The translations under genes and the position numbers were made by a program. This document shows, in pieces, positions 41,727-53,422 of a DNA stretch of 64,000 nucleotides. The notes under the pieces are model-generated. The model was given only the letters and a program-made list of their open reading frames with translations, was not told the origin of the DNA and ran no database searches. The stretch covers positions 2,048,001-2,112,000 of the forward strand of contig CBDEUK010000002.1 of NCBI GenBank assembly GCA_965243205.1. The letters run 5' to 3'. Source of the stretch: Gammaproteobacteria bacterium (lineage in GTDB: Bacteria; Pseudomonadota; Gammaproteobacteria; Eutrophobiales; Eutrophobiaceae). The stretch's first letter is position 1, and every line of letters begins with the position of its first letter.

Positions 41727-43450
41727 AATCTGAAAACCCTATCAAAGATTACCCATTACGACGCACATTTGTTTTGAGTGTGTTTGGGGTAATGATGGGA
41801 GTTTTGATATGGCGCGCGTATGACTTACAAATATTGCGTAAAGATTTTTTACGCGATCATGGTGATGCTCGTTCTGTGAGAGTAGTTAATATACCTGCGC
41901 ATAGAGGAATGATTTCCGATCGTAATGGAGAACCGCTTGCGATTAGTACACCTGTCTATTCAATATGGACCATTCCTAATCAGCTATTGCAATCAGGCAA
42001 GGAGATTACACAACTTGCAGAGTTATTAAAAATAGAATCAAAAGAATTAAAAGAGTTATTAATTGCACGTAAAGGTAGACAGTTTGTTTATTTAAAACGG
42101 CACGTTACACCAGAAATTGAACAAAAAATAATGTCTTTAGAATTACCAGGTGTTTATCGACAGCGTGAATACAAACGTTATTACCCTGCAGCTGAAGTTA
42201 CTGCACATCTAGTGGGTTTTACTAACATTGATGATCAAGGCCAAGAAGGATTAGAGCTTGCATATAATGAATGGCTAAATGGTAAAGATGGGAAAAAACG
42301 CGTTTTAAAAGATCGATTGGGTCGTGTAATAGAAAATATAGAAAGCATTGAGCCTGCTGCTAATGGTAAAGATTTACAATTAAGCATTGACAGAAGAATT
42401 CAATATTTAGCTTATCGAGAATTAAAAAAAGCCGTTGCATACCATAAAGCGCGTTCAGCATCATTAGTGATGTTAGATGCAAAAACGGGCGAAGTTGTCG
42501 CAATGGTGAATCAGCCATCGTACAACCCAAATAACAGGAATGGTTTAAAAAGCGATCATTTTAGAAATCGTACCGTAACCGATGTGTTTGAACCTGGTTC
42601 AACTATGAAACCATTTACCATTGCAGCAGCGTTAGAGTCTGGTAAATACGAAGCAAATACACCTATTGCGACTGCGCCAGGTTTTTTTAAAGTAGGTACA
42701 CATACTATTCGCGATGCTAAGAATTATGGCGAATTGAATCTTGCTACCGTGATAAAAAAATCAAGTAATGTTGGTGCAACCAAAATTGCATTATCGTTAG
42801 AACCAGAATATTTTTGGAAGATACTTTCGAAGGTTGGTTTTGGACAGCCAACTGGTAGTGGTTACCCAGGTGAATCAAGTGGTCGGTTAGATGGTTATAA
42901 TAATTGGTCAGAAGTTGAGTTAGCTACTTTATCGTTTGGTTATGGCTTATCTGTAACCGCTTTACAACTAGCGCAAGCTTATAATGTATTAGCTGCTGAC
43001 GGTTTATTGTTACCAATTTCATTCAGTAAAGTAACAGGTAAGATCACTGCACGACGTGTGTTATCAAAAAATGTCGCACAACAAGTTCGAACAATGATGG
43101 AAGCAGTCGTGAAACCTGGTGGCACAGGTAAGTTAGCTTCTGTTATAGGTTATCGTGTTGCTGGAAAAACAGGGACAGTTCATAAGTCCACTCGTGGTGG
43201 TTATGCGGAAGACCGCTATCGTTCTGTCTTTGCAGGTATGGCCCCTGCATCTGATCCAAAATTGGTCATGGTGGTGATGGTCGATGAGCCAAAGCAAGGT
43301 CAATATTATGGTGGGCAAGTAGCTGCACCAGTGTTTTCAAAAGTTATGGACGGTTCATTAAGATTATTAAATTTATCACCAGATAATATTCCTGGTATGA
43401 ATCAACCGTTAGTAGCAGATGAACGTTCAACACAACAGGTAGTTCAATAA
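41723..43450 (+). CDS. ftsI: Penicillin-binding protein 3
   Basis: RGMISDRNG, EPGSTMK (SxxK), SSN, KTG. Confidence 0.97.
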   Translation: MKSENPIKDYPLRRTFVLSVFGVMMGVLIWRAYDLQILRKDFLRDHGDARSVRVVNIPAHRGMISDRNGEPLAISTPVYSIWTIPNQLLQSGKEITQLAELLKIESKELKELLIARKGRQFVYLKRHVTPEIEQKIMSLELPGVYRQREYKRYYPAAEVTAHLVGFTNIDDQGQEGLELAYNEWLNGKDGKKRVLKDRLGRVIENIESIEPAANGKDLQLSIDRRIQYLAYRELKKAVAYHKARSASLVMLDAKTGEVVAMVNQPSYNPNNRNGLKSDHFRNRTVTDVFEPGSTMKPFTIAAALESGKYEANTPIATAPGFFKVGTHTIRDAKNYGELNLATVIKKSSNVGATKIALSLEPEYFWKILSKVGFGQPTGSGYPGESSGRLDGYNNWSEVELATLSFGYGLSVTALQLAQAYNVLAADGLLLPISFSKVTGKITARRVLSKNVAQQVRTMMEAVVKPGGTGKLASVIGYRVAGKTGTVHKSTRGGYAEDRYRSVFAGMAPASDPKLVMVVMVDEPKQGQYYGGQVAAPVFSKVMDGSLRLLNLSPDNIPGMNQPLVADERSTQQVVQ

Positions 43451-44952
43451 TGATGGTTGCTTTTAATAGTCATCTGTCCATTGAACTCAGCGAGTTATTA
43501 GCCGGGTTTACCGATCAATTGGTTCCAGATGCGATACATGTTACTGGGCTTTGTTTAGATAGTCGCACATTAAAAGCAGGCGATTTATTTTTGGCTTGCT
43601 CTGGTAACCAAACACATGGCGCGAATTATATCTCGAAAGCTGTTGCAGCAGGTGCAATAGCGATTGTTTATGAAGCAGATTACTCGCTTGAGTTACCAAA
43701 ACTGAATATTCCTGTTATTTCGATTGAAAACTTGCATGCAAAAGTTGGCGAGATAGCGCATCGATTTTACCAATATCCATCAAATGATTTAAAAGTAATC
43801 GGTATAACAGGGACGAATGGTAAAACATCCGTTGCGTGGTTCTTATCTGAAATTTTAAATCAAACAGAAAAGCCTGTTGGTATGATTGGTACTTTAGGTA
43901 AGGGTTTATTTGGAAGTTTGGAAACAACTGCTAATACAACACCTGATCCTGTTACAGTTCATAAAGCGCTGTTCGATTTTAAACAGTTAGGCGCTGAGTT
44001 TGTTGTAATGGAAGTTTCATCACATGCTTTAGAGCAATCTCGAGTAGCAGCAGTTAATTTTTATTCCGTGATATTTACAAATCTAAGTCATGAACATTTA
44101 GATTATCACGGTAGTATGCATCAATATGCTAATGCTAAGAAAAAACTTTTTACGGATTATTATTCTGAATACAAGATCATTAATATAGATGATGAACTTG
44201 GCAAACAGTTTGTAAAATCATCAACACCACAGGTTATTACCTATTCATTGTCCAATGAAAATTTACAACTAGATAATTGTTCTGTGGCAAATGTGCTTAA
44301 AACAGAACGAGGTTATTTACAATTTGAATTAGAAAGCCCTTGGGGAAATGCAATTATAGAAACGGGATTGCTAGGTGAGTTTAACGTTTATAATTTATTA
44401 GCGACTATTTCTGTCTTATGCATCTGTGGTATGGAGCTCGATGAAGTTGCAAATAGACTACGAAGTATCAGTAATGTGCCTGGACGTATGGAATCATTTC
44501 AAGAAAAAGATAAGGCACTGGTAGTTGTCGATTATGCTCATACACCTGACGCTTTGGAAAAAGTATTAAAAACGTTAAAGCAAATAACACAAGGTTGGTT
44601 ATTTTGTGTTTTTGGTTGTGGTGGAGACAGAGATCAAGCTAAGCGTGCTGAAATGGGTAAAGTAGCTTCAGAATATTCTGATCATATTGTGCTTACAAAT
44701 GATAACCCACGTACAGAAAATCCAGAACATATCATTGATGATATAAAAGAAGGAATTTCAGAATCAGCTTCTTTATACGTAGAGCTCGACCGTGCTGAAG
44801 CAATTGCTTATGCAATATCTTTATCGAACCCAGGTGATGTGATTTTAGTTGCGGGTAAAGGACATGAAGACTATCAAATAGTCGGCGATCAAACGTTAGT
44901 GTTTGATGACAGAGTATGGGTAAAGCGTTTGTTGGAGGCCAAGGGTGATTAA
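43450..44952 (+). CDS. murE: UDP-MurNAc-dipeptide:meso-DAP ligase
   Basis: GTNGKT, MEVSSH, DYAHTPD, DNPR (DAP specificity), AGKGHE. Confidence 0.97.
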   Translation: MMVAFNSHLSIELSELLAGFTDQLVPDAIHVTGLCLDSRTLKAGDLFLACSGNQTHGANYISKAVAAGAIAIVYEADYSLELPKLNIPVISIENLHAKVGEIAHRFYQYPSNDLKVIGITGTNGKTSVAWFLSEILNQTEKPVGMIGTLGKGLFGSLETTANTTPDPVTVHKALFDFKQLGAEFVVMEVSSHALEQSRVAAVNFYSVIFTNLSHEHLDYHGSMHQYANAKKKLFTDYYSEYKIINIDDELGKQFVKSSTPQVITYSLSNENLQLDNCSVANVLKTERGYLQFELESPWGNAIIETGLLGEFNVYNLLATISVLCICGMELDEVANRLRSISNVPGRMESFQEKDKALVVVDYAHTPDALEKVLKTLKQITQGWLFCVFGCGGDRDQAKRAEMGKVASEYSDHIVLTNDNPRTENPEHIIDDIKEGISESASLYVELDRAEAIAYAISLSNPGDVILVAGKGHEDYQIVGDQTLVFDDRVWVKRLLEAKGD

Positions 44953-46309
44953 GATGATGTTATCTGATGCCGCCAAAGAATTATCTTCACCAATGGTAGG
45001 TGATGATGTTTTGTTTTCTGGTTGTTCAACGGATTCACGTTCAGAATTGCATGATAAATTATTTATCGCTCTCAAAGGCGAAAATTTTGATGGTCATGAC
45101 TTTATTGAACAAGCAGAAACAGCAAAGGCATCTGCTCTATTGGTTAGTAAATCAATAAAATCCAAACTTCCTTCTATCGTTGTAGAAGATACAAAATTAG
45201 CAATGGGGCAATTAGCTTCTATTTGGCGCGACAAATTTAATGCGCCATTAGTTGCGATTACTGGCAGTAATGGAAAGACCACAGTTAAAGAAATGTTGTC
45301 TTCAATACTTAATCAAAATCATAACGTGTTAGTGACGCAAGGCAATTTTAATAATGATATAGGAATGCCTCTAACTTTGTTTGGTTTAGGTGAGCAACAT
45401 GAATATATTGTTTTAGAAATGGGTGCTAATCATTTAGGTGAAATTGATTATTTATCAAAATTAGCCAAACCTAATGTCGCTGTCATTACACAATGTGCGC
45501 CTGCGCATTTAGAAGGTTTTGGCAGCATAGATGGTGTCGCAGAAGCCAAGAGTGAAATTTATCACGGGTTAAATGATGATGGTATCGCAATCATTAATGC
45601 GGATGATGATTACGCTGAATTTTGGCTAAATAAAACTCAACATTTAAAGTCATTAACATTTGGTATGAATAAGCAAGCTGATGTGTTTGCTTCAAATATT
45701 GAATTATCTCAGATAACAAAAAATTATTGCTTTACGTTAAATTACCAAACTGAATCGATATCGATTCAATTACCCGTTTCCGGAATGCACAACATAATGA
45801 ATGCATTAGCCGCTGCGAGTTGTGCTATTTCATTGAATATACCTTTTGAGATGATTCAATCAGGTCTCGAAAGTTTTGCTGGAGTAAAAGGACGTTTGCA
45901 AATAAAAGAAGCGGCTAATGGTGCAACATTGATTGATGACAGCTATAACGCAAACCCAACGTCACTTTTGGCAGCGATGAAATATTTAGTGTCATTAGGT
46001 GAGGATAGTTTTTTAGTCTTAGGTGAAATGGGTGAATTAGGTGATGACGCTGAATTTTTACATGCAAAAGCAGGCCAACAAGCTAAACAATTAGGAATTA
46101 AATATTTATTCACGGTTGGAACGTTGGCGATGCATGCCTCTGAATCATTTGGCGATGATTCGAAACATTATGAAAGTAAAGCTGAATTATCCAAAGACGT
46201 GTTATTAAAGAGCTCAAAAGATTCAAAAATATTAGTAAAAGGTTCGCGTAGTATGAAGTTAGAAGAAATTGTAGATGCATTAATACAAGGGGAAGATAAT
46301 CAATGTTAA
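44945..46309 (+). CDS. murF: UDP-MurNAc-tripeptide:D-Ala-D-Ala ligase
   Basis: [29 protein letters not shown]. Confidence 0.97.
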   Translation: MIKMMLSDAAKELSSPMVGDDVLFSGCSTDSRSELHDKLFIALKGENFDGHDFIEQAETAKASALLVSKSIKSKLPSIVVEDTKLAMGQLASIWRDKFNAPLVAITGSNGKTTVKEMLSSILNQNHNVLVTQGNFNNDIGMPLTLFGLGEQHEYIVLEMGANHLGEIDYLSKLAKPNVAVITQCAPAHLEGFGSIDGVAEAKSEIYHGLNDDGIAIINADDDYAEFWLNKTQHLKSLTFGMNKQADVFASNIELSQITKNYCFTLNYQTESISIQLPVSGMHNIMNALAAASCAISLNIPFEMIQSGLESFAGVKGRLQIKEAANGATLIDDSYNANPTSLLAAMKYLVSLGEDSFLVLGEMGELGDDAEFLHAKAGQQAKQLGIKYLFTVGTLAMHASESFGDDSKHYESKAELSKDVLLKSSKDSKILVKGSRSMKLEEIVDALIQGEDNQC

Positions 46310-47385
46310 TTTGGTTAGCTGAATATCTTTCTCAATACCATAGTGGATTTAATGTATTTCAATACATCACTTTAAGAACTATTTTGGGTGCATTGACAGC
46401 TTTGTTTATTGCATTCGTATTTGGACCAAGTTTAATTCAACATTTATCTGCACAGCAAATCGGTCAGGCTATCCGTGATGATGGTCCAGAAACACATTTG
46501 AAAAAAGCAGGTACGCCCACTATGGGTGGCTTGTTAATTTTATTATCAATTATGTTTAGCACACTGTGTTGGGCTGACCTTAGTAACCGCTTTGTATGGG
46601 TCGTTATATTTGTGACTTTAATGTTCGGCATAGTTGGGTGGGTTGATGATTATCGAAAAGTAGTACAACAAAATCCAAAAGGTTTGTCTGCAAAAGAGAA
46701 ATATTTTTGGCAATCCTTAATTGCATTTGTAGCCGTTACTTATTTATATCACTCAGCTACCAGTCCCGCAGAAACACAACTGATTGTTCCATTTATAAAA
46801 AGCATCGTTGTTGATCTAGGTTTGTTTTATATCATTCTTAGTTATTTTGTGATTGTGGGTACCAGTAACGCAGTCAATTTGACGGATGGTTTAGATGGTT
46901 TGGCTATTTTACCAACAGTTATGGTAGCAGGTGCACTTGCAATATTTGCTTATGTAACTGGCCATGTTTATTTTGCAGATTACTTAGGTATTCCTTATGT
47001 GGCTGGTGTTGGTGAAGTTGCGATCTTCTGTGGAGCAATGGTTGGTTCCGGTTTAGGGTTCTTATGGTTTAACACTTACCCAGCAATGGTTTTTATGGGT
47101 GATATTGGTGCTTTAGCCTTAGGCGCTGCGTTAGGTATTGTGGCAGTTGTGATTCGACAAGAACTGGTATTACTGATTATGGGTGGTGTGTTTGTGATCG
47201 AAACAGTTTCGGTGATTTTACAGGTCGCTTCTTTTAAATTAATAGGCAGAAGAATTTTTCATATGGCACCTTTGCATCATCACTATGAACTAAAAGGTTG
47301 GCCAGAACCAAGAGTCATCGTTCGCTTTTGGATTATAACCGTAATCTTAGTTTTAATCGGATTAGCTAGCTTGAAGATTCGTTAA
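46303..47385 (+). CDS. mraY: Phospho-N-acetylmuramoyl-pentapeptide transferase
   Basis: [29 protein letters not shown]. Confidence 0.98.
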   Translation: MLIWLAEYLSQYHSGFNVFQYITLRTILGALTALFIAFVFGPSLIQHLSAQQIGQAIRDDGPETHLKKAGTPTMGGLLILLSIMFSTLCWADLSNRFVWVVIFVTLMFGIVGWVDDYRKVVQQNPKGLSAKEKYFWQSLIAFVAVTYLYHSATSPAETQLIVPFIKSIVVDLGLFYIILSYFVIVGTSNAVNLTDGLDGLAILPTVMVAGALAIFAYVTGHVYFADYLGIPYVAGVGEVAIFCGAMVGSGLGFLWFNTYPAMVFMGDIGALALGAALGIVAVVIRQELVLLIMGGVFVIETVSVILQVASFKLIGRRIFHMAPLHHHYELKGWPEPRVIVRFWIITVILVLIGLASLKIR

Positions 47386-47391
47386 TAGGTT

Positions 47392-48783
47392 ATGTCAGTG
47401 AATAATAATGCGATAGATATATTTGATATGAACTTAGCTCAAGAAAAATACGATGTGTTAATAATCGGTCTTGGTAAGACAGGTTATGCATGTGCTAAGT
47501 ATTTATCGCAAAAAAATATTCACTTTGCAGTTATGGATAATAGACAAACACCACCTTTGCTTGAATCAATGCAACAAAAATTGCCTGAATGTCAGGTCTT
47601 TGTTGGAAAGTTTGATGAATCAATAATTTTAAATACGAAACAGATAATCATTAGTCCAGGTGTATCTTTATTAGAACCTGCAATACAAAAAGCTATGCAA
47701 AATAATATTCCAGTCATTAGTGACGTAGAATTATTTTGCCAGCATGTATCTACTCCTATTATTGCTGTCACTGGCTCGAATGGAAAAAGTACTGTCGTAA
47801 CGTTACTTGCCAAAGTAATAGAAAGTTCAGGATTGAAAGTTGGTTTGGGTGGAAATATTGGTACGCCTGTATTGGATTTGATTGCAGAAACAGAACCGGA
47901 TGTTTACGTTTTAGAATTATCAAGCTTTCAGCTTGAAACGACGTATTCTTTAAATGCAAAAGCATCCGTGGTTTTAAATGTTTCTGAAGATCATATGGAC
48001 CGCTATCCCGATATTCAAACTTACGCGAATACCAAAGCTAAGATTTATAACGGTGACGGTTTAGTCATATTAAATAGAGATGATCCACTTGTGAAGCAAA
48101 CTAATGTTGGGCAACGAAAAGCTATTACATTTGGATCAAGTCAGCCAAATAAAAATCATTATGGTTTAAAAGAAATTAATAAACGAATTGCTTTGATGAA
48201 GGGCGGCCAGCATTTGTTGTATACAGATGAATTAAAAATACAAGGGCAGCATAATGCTATAAATGTTCTTGCTATACTTGCTTTATCAGAAGTGCTTGAA
48301 CTTAATAACGATAAAGTTATTGAAGCAATAAAAGATTTCCCTGGGTTAGCTCATCGTTGTGAATGGGTTGCTAAAATTAATAATGCGAATTGGTACAACG
48401 ATTCAAAAGGTACCAATGTAGGAGCAACACTAGCAGCTATTAATGGATTAACAAATCAAAATAATCTTATATTAATTGCTGGTGGCGTTGGAAAAGATGC
48501 TAATTTTTCGCCTTTAAAAACAGTAGCGAATAAAATTAAATTGTTAATCGTTTTTGGACAAGATGGACAATTAATAGCAGATGCATTCTCAGGAACTATT
48601 GATATAGTAAAAGCGAATGATCTAAAACAATGTGTTCAGCTAGCTTATGAAAGTGCTGCTAGTAATGATGTTGTCTTGTTTTCACCTGCTTGTGCAAGCT
48701 TTGACATGTTTCGTAATTACGAAGAACGTGGTTCGGTATTTGTTAAATTCGTCAATGAACTTAAAGGGCATGATGATGAATAA
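47392..48783 (+). CDS. murD: UDP-MurNAc-L-Ala:D-Glu ligase
   Basis: GSNGKSTV, ELSSFQL, NDSKGTN, SPACASFD. Confidence 0.97.
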   Translation: MSVNNNAIDIFDMNLAQEKYDVLIIGLGKTGYACAKYLSQKNIHFAVMDNRQTPPLLESMQQKLPECQVFVGKFDESIILNTKQIIISPGVSLLEPAIQKAMQNNIPVISDVELFCQHVSTPIIAVTGSNGKSTVVTLLAKVIESSGLKVGLGGNIGTPVLDLIAETEPDVYVLELSSFQLETTYSLNAKASVVLNVSEDHMDRYPDIQTYANTKAKIYNGDGLVILNRDDPLVKQTNVGQRKAITFGSSQPNKNHYGLKEINKRIALMKGGQHLLYTDELKIQGQHNAINVLAILALSEVLELNNDKVIEAIKDFPGLAHRCEWVAKINNANWYNDSKGTNVGATLAAINGLTNQNNLILIAGGVGKDANFSPLKTVANKIKLLIVFGQDGQLIADAFSGTIDIVKANDLKQCVQLAYESAASNDVVLFSPACASFDMFRNYEERGSVFVKFVNELKGHDDE

Positions 48784-49975
48784 GCATAAGCAAGCAAGTA
48801 TTCGAACAAGTGCCTTAGATGGTAAAACCTTGTTTTTTGGTTATGACGCGTGGTTAATGACCGTAATTATCTCATTATTAATATTTGGTTTAATTATGGT
48901 TGCATCATCATCGATTGCTATCGCTGAACGGAGTTTTGATAATTCGTTACATTATTTTTACAGACAAGCCTTTGCTGTAGGTATTGGGTTAGTTTTAAGT
49001 GTCGTTATATTAAAAATACCGATGAAAGTATGGCATTTCTTTAGTGTGCCTTTATTAATGTGTGGTATCGCTTTACTCATCATTATATTAGTGCCTGGTG
49101 TGGGTAAAGAAGTTAATGGTAGTGTTCGTTGGATACAATTAGGCGCATTCTCAATACAAGCATCTGAGATTATAAAAGTTTGTGTTATTTCGTATATTGC
49201 AGGTTATTTAGTACGCCAAAAAGAACAGGTTTCAGAAAGCTTTACCGGTTTTATTATTCCAATCGGAATCTTGACTGTTATTTCCGCACTTTTACTACTA
49301 GAGCCAGATTTTGGTGCAACTGTTGTTTTATTTGTAACAACTTTAGGAATGTTATTTTTAGCAGGCGTACCTTGGAGTCGTTTTTTATCCTGGGCCTTGG
49401 TAGCTGTTTCATGCTTGGCAACATTAGCAGTGTTATCACCTTATAGAATGAAACGCTTAACGGTTTTTATGGACCCATGGCAAGATCCTTTTAATAGTGG
49501 ATTTCAATTAACTCAAGCGCTAATCGCTTTTGGTCGAGGTGATTGGATGGGAGTTGGTCTTGGTGGCAGTGTGCAAAAACTTTTTTATTTACCAGAAGCA
49601 CATACGGATTTTGTCTTTTCTGTTATAGCAGAAGAAATGGGATTGCTTGCAGTTATTACGATTATCTTATTATACAGTTTCATTATTTTTAGAGCGTTTA
49701 TCATTGCTCAAGATGCACATGCTGTACAAAGACATTTTGCAGCTTATTTTGCTTATGGCATCGGTTTGATCATTGGTTTACAAGCTTTTGTAAACCTAGG
49801 TGTTAACATGGGTTTGTTGCCAACTAAAGGTTTAACGTTACCTTTAATTAGTTATGGAAGTAATAGTGTCATTATCAGTTGTGTATTATTAGCAATATTA
49901 CTACGAATAGAATTTGAAAATCGCGAACTTAATCATAAACAAGTTCCGAAACCGGTGACGCATTATGTTGCATAG
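48776..49975 (+). CDS. ftsW: Peptidoglycan polymerase FtsW (start at one of 48770/48773/48776)
   Basis: RWI, QASE..K, LEPDFG, LPEAHTDF, PTKGLTLP.ISYG. Confidence 0.96.
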   Translation: MNKHKQASIRTSALDGKTLFFGYDAWLMTVIISLLIFGLIMVASSSIAIAERSFDNSLHYFYRQAFAVGIGLVLSVVILKIPMKVWHFFSVPLLMCGIALLIIILVPGVGKEVNGSVRWIQLGAFSIQASEIIKVCVISYIAGYLVRQKEQVSESFTGFIIPIGILTVISALLLLEPDFGATVVLFVTTLGMLFLAGVPWSRFLSWALVAVSCLATLAVLSPYRMKRLTVFMDPWQDPFNSGFQLTQALIAFGRGDWMGVGLGGSVQKLFYLPEAHTDFVFSVIAEEMGLLAVITIILLYSFIIFRAFIIAQDAHAVQRHFAAYFAYGIGLIIGLQAFVNLGVNMGLLPTKGLTLPLISYGSNSVIISCVLLAILLRIEFENRELNHKQVPKPVTHYVA

Positions 49976-51047
49976 ACCGGTAATGATAATGGCAGGAGGA
50001 ACAGGTGGGCATATCTACCCAGCACTCGCTGTGGCTGATTATTTAAAAGCATGCGGTTCGGAAATCCTCTGGTTAGGTACTAATAAAGGTTTGGAATCCA
50101 AAGTGGTTCCTGAACATGGTTACCCATTATTTTATTTAGATGTTTCAGGTGTGCGTGGTAAAGGTTTAATTAAAAAATTGATAGCACCGTTTAATATTTT
50201 AAAAGCTATATTGCAATCCTTATCCATTATGAAACAACAAAAGCCAGCTGCCGTTTTAGGTATGGGAGGTTTTGCAAGTGGGCCTGGCGGTATAGCCGCA
50301 TTTTTATTAGGTATCCCTCTATGTATTCATGAACAGAATTCAATCGCTGGATTAACGAATAAATTACTTAAGCCTTTTGCGCGTTTTGTTATGCAAGCGT
50401 TTCCGAATACGTTCAATCAATCGAAGAAAGTATTAACAACAGGCAACCCTGTTAGAAAAGAAATTTTAGCGTTAGCGGAATCTGGTCAACAAGATATTAA
50501 GAATGATGAAGGGATTAATTTATTAATTATTGGTGGTAGTTTAGGCGCTAAACGATTGAACGAAGTAGTACCTAACGCAGCGAAACAATTGCATGAAAAT
50601 ATTAAATTGAATATTCGCCATCAATGTGGCGATAAACATCATAGCTCGACATCACAAATTTATACTGATTTACAGATTGAAGCTTCAGTAGAACCATTTA
50701 TAAAAGATATGGCTGCAGCTTATCAATGGGCGGATTTAATCATTTGTCGTGCAGGTGCTATGACAGTAGCTGAAGTTTCAATAGTTGGTATTCCATCAAT
50801 ATTTATCCCATACCCATATGCAGTTGATGATCATCAAACAGCAAATGCTCGTTATTTAACAGATAAGAATTTAGCCAAATTAATTCAAGAAACAGAACTA
50901 ACGGAAAGTATTTTAGTTAAAGCAATAGAAGAGCTATGTCAATCGCAACAACATTTAAATAAACTGGCCGTTGAAATTCGTAAACTGGGTAAAGTTAATG
51001 CAACACAGTTAGTTGCCGAGCAATGTTTGGAGGCGATGCATGTTTAA
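49965..51047 (+). CDS. murG: Lipid II GlcNAc transferase
   Basis: GGTGGH, HEQN, GGSLGA, CRAGA, DDHQ. Confidence 0.97.
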   Translation: MLHRPVMIMAGGTGGHIYPALAVADYLKACGSEILWLGTNKGLESKVVPEHGYPLFYLDVSGVRGKGLIKKLIAPFNILKAILQSLSIMKQQKPAAVLGMGGFASGPGGIAAFLLGIPLCIHEQNSIAGLTNKLLKPFARFVMQAFPNTFNQSKKVLTTGNPVRKEILALAESGQQDIKNDEGINLLIIGGSLGAKRLNEVVPNAAKQLHENIKLNIRHQCGDKHHSSTSQIYTDLQIEASVEPFIKDMAAAYQWADLIICRAGAMTVAEVSIVGIPSIFIPYPYAVDDHQTANARYLTDKNLAKLIQETELTESILVKAIEELCQSQQHLNKLAVEIRKLGKVNATQLVAEQCLEAMHV

Positions 51048-52479
51048 GTCTGGTCAAGATTTTATGCAGCGCATTCGACATATTCATTTTGTTGGAATTG
51101 GCGGCGCTGGTATGAGTGGTATCGCAGAGGTTTATAACAATTTAGGTTATAAAGTATCAGGTTCAGATATAAAACATAATGCTAATACTAAACATTTAAG
51201 TTCTTTAGGTGTTTCCATTCACGTGGAGCATAAAGCAGAAAATATCGCTGGTTGCGATGTAGTGGTTTATTCAAGTGCAATTGATGCATCGAACGAAGAA
51301 TTAAAGGCTGCACAATCACAACGTATTCCAATAGTACCAAGGGCTGAAATGTTAGCCGAGTTAATGCGTTTTCGAAATGGGATTGCAGTTGCCGGCACTC
51401 ACGGTAAGACAACAACCACGAGCTTAGTAGCAAGTGTCCTTGCTGAAGGTGGTTTAGATCCAACTTATGTTATTGGTGGCTTATTAAATAGTTCTGGAAG
51501 AAATGCTCAGTTAGGTTCTGGTAATTATTTAGTCGCAGAAGCAGATGAAAGTGATGCGTCATTTTTACACTTACAACCAATGGTTTCTGTGTTAACAAAT
51601 ATAGATGCTGATCACTTGGAAACTTATCAAGGTGATTTAGAAAATTTAAAACAAAACTTTTTTGAATTTATTCATAGACTACCTTTTTATGGTTTAGCAA
51701 TCATTTGTATCGATGATCCTATTGTTCAAGAGATAATGCCTTATATTAATAAACCGTTTATAACTTATGGTTTAAATGAAGAAGCTGATATCAAAGGTAC
51801 AATTATTAAACAAGATGCTGAAAGAACAACTTTCTCTGTATCGATATCTGGCAGAGAGGATTTAATCATAGATTTAAATATGCCCGGGCAACATAATACA
51901 TTAAATGCACTGGCAGCCGTTGCAGTTGCACATGAATTAGAAATTGATGATAAGTCTATTCAAAATGCGCTCGCAAATTTCCAAGGCATAAGTCGTCGTT
52001 GTGAAGTACTTGGAAATATCCGGTTAACAGATAAACAAGTTTTATTGATCGATGATTATGCACATCACCCTAGAGAAATATCTGCAACCATAAAAGCAAT
52101 ACGAAAAGGTTGGTCCAATAAAAAAATTAATGTGGTATTTCAACCGCATCGATATACACGCACACGAGATTTATTTGAAGACTTTGCTGCGGTGCTATCT
52201 GAATTAGATGCATTATTTATTTTAGATGTGTATTCCGCAGGTGAACATCCAATTCCTGGAGCAGACAGTCGTTCACTCTGTAGAGCTATTCGTTTAAGAG
52301 GTTCTGTCGATCCTATCTTTGTAGAAGATAGAAACGAAATAACACAATTGCTAAGTTCAGTTGTGAATGACGATGAAATCTTATTGATATTAGGTGCAGG
52401 AAATGTTGGCAAGATTGCCAAAGAGTTAATTACAACTCATCAAGTTAATTCAGATGAGGTATTAATGAGTAATGTTTGA
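51040..52479 (+). CDS. murC: UDP-MurNAc:L-Ala ligase (start likely 51040, SD GGAGG)
   Basis: GIGGAGMSG, GTHGKTTT, EADESD, DDYAHHP, FQPHRY. Confidence 0.97.
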   Translation: MFKSGQDFMQRIRHIHFVGIGGAGMSGIAEVYNNLGYKVSGSDIKHNANTKHLSSLGVSIHVEHKAENIAGCDVVVYSSAIDASNEELKAAQSQRIPIVPRAEMLAELMRFRNGIAVAGTHGKTTTTSLVASVLAEGGLDPTYVIGGLLNSSGRNAQLGSGNYLVAEADESDASFLHLQPMVSVLTNIDADHLETYQGDLENLKQNFFEFIHRLPFYGLAIICIDDPIVQEIMPYINKPFITYGLNEEADIKGTIIKQDAERTTFSVSISGREDLIIDLNMPGQHNTLNALAAVAVAHELEIDDKSIQNALANFQGISRRCEVLGNIRLTDKQVLLIDDYAHHPREISATIKAIRKGWSNKKINVVFQPHRYTRTRDLFEDFAAVLSELDALFILDVYSAGEHPIPGADSRSLCRAIRLRGSVDPIFVEDRNEITQLLSSVVNDDEILLILGAGNVGKIAKELITTHQVNSDEVLMSNV

Positions 52480-53419
52480 ATCCATTGGTGAGCAAATTTA
52501 TTCGAAAAATATAATGAATGATTTTGATAACAATATACTAGGTGAACTTAGGTTCGATGAGCCAATGTCAGAACATACCTCATGGAAAGTAGGTGGTAGT
52601 GCTAAACGTTTTTACATGCCCAAAACGACTCAAGAATTGTCAAATTTTTTAAAACAAATAGATAACTCAGAACCATTATTATGGTTAGGCTTGGGCAGTA
52701 ATGTATTAATACGCGATGGTGGTTTTGATGGCACTGTCATTTCGACTACAAAGTTATCCAATGAAATTATCATTAATGATGATTTTACAGTGAAAGTTGA
52801 TGCTGGAGTTCCTTGTCCGAAGTTCGCAAGAGTTTGCGCGAAACACTCGTTACAAGATATGGAGTTTTTTGCAGGTATCCCTGGAACCATAGGCGGAGCT
52901 TTAGCTATGAATGCAGGGGCGTTTGGTGGAGAAACATGGGATGTTATTAAATCAGTGACGACAATTAATCGTGAAGGCGAAGTTTTTACAAGAACATCTG
53001 AAGAATATGACATTGCTTATCGTTCAGTAAGGCACCCTCAAGAAGAATGGTTTTTATCAGCGCTCATTCAACTAAACAAAGGCGATAAAGAAATTTCTCA
53101 GGAAAAAATAAAAAATTTATTAGCTAAGCGCCGAGATACTCAACCGATGGGTATTCCGAGTTGTGGTTCAGTTTTTAGAAATCCTGAAAATGATTATGCA
53201 GCAAGACTTATTGAAGAATGTGGTTTGAAAGGAAAAACAATTGGTGGTGCATGCATATCGGTTAAACATGCCAATTTTATTTTAAACGAAGATGGTGCAA
53301 CTGCGAATGATATTGAAAGTTTAATCGAGTTTGCATGGCAATCTGTGAAAAATAAATTTGATATAGAACTAATTAAAGAAGTACGAATGATAGGTGAACG
53401 TTTAGAGAAGGTGAATTAA
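52472..53419 (+). CDS. murB: UDP-N-acetylenolpyruvoylglucosamine reductase (short type)
   Basis: GLGSNVL, GIPGTIGGA..MNAGA, SCGSVFRNP, HANF. Confidence 0.96.
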   Translation: MFESIGEQIYSKNIMNDFDNNILGELRFDEPMSEHTSWKVGGSAKRFYMPKTTQELSNFLKQIDNSEPLLWLGLGSNVLIRDGGFDGTVISTTKLSNEIIINDDFTVKVDAGVPCPKFARVCAKHSLQDMEFFAGIPGTIGGALAMNAGAFGGETWDVIKSVTTINREGEVFTRTSEEYDIAYRSVRHPQEEWFLSALIQLNKGDKEISQEKIKNLLAKRRDTQPMGIPSCGSVFRNPENDYAARLIEECGLKGKTIGGACISVKHANFILNEDGATANDIESLIEFAWQSVKNKFDIELIKEVRMIGERLEKVN

Positions 53420-53422
53420 CAA

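Noticed and set aside
48647-48769. Long N-terminal extensions in the ORF track for ftsW (also murC, ftsA, pyrC', coaBC, ypfJ)
   Set aside because: Artefacts of taking the most upstream start; downstream ATGs fit the known N-termini and, where visible, the SD or promoter positions.
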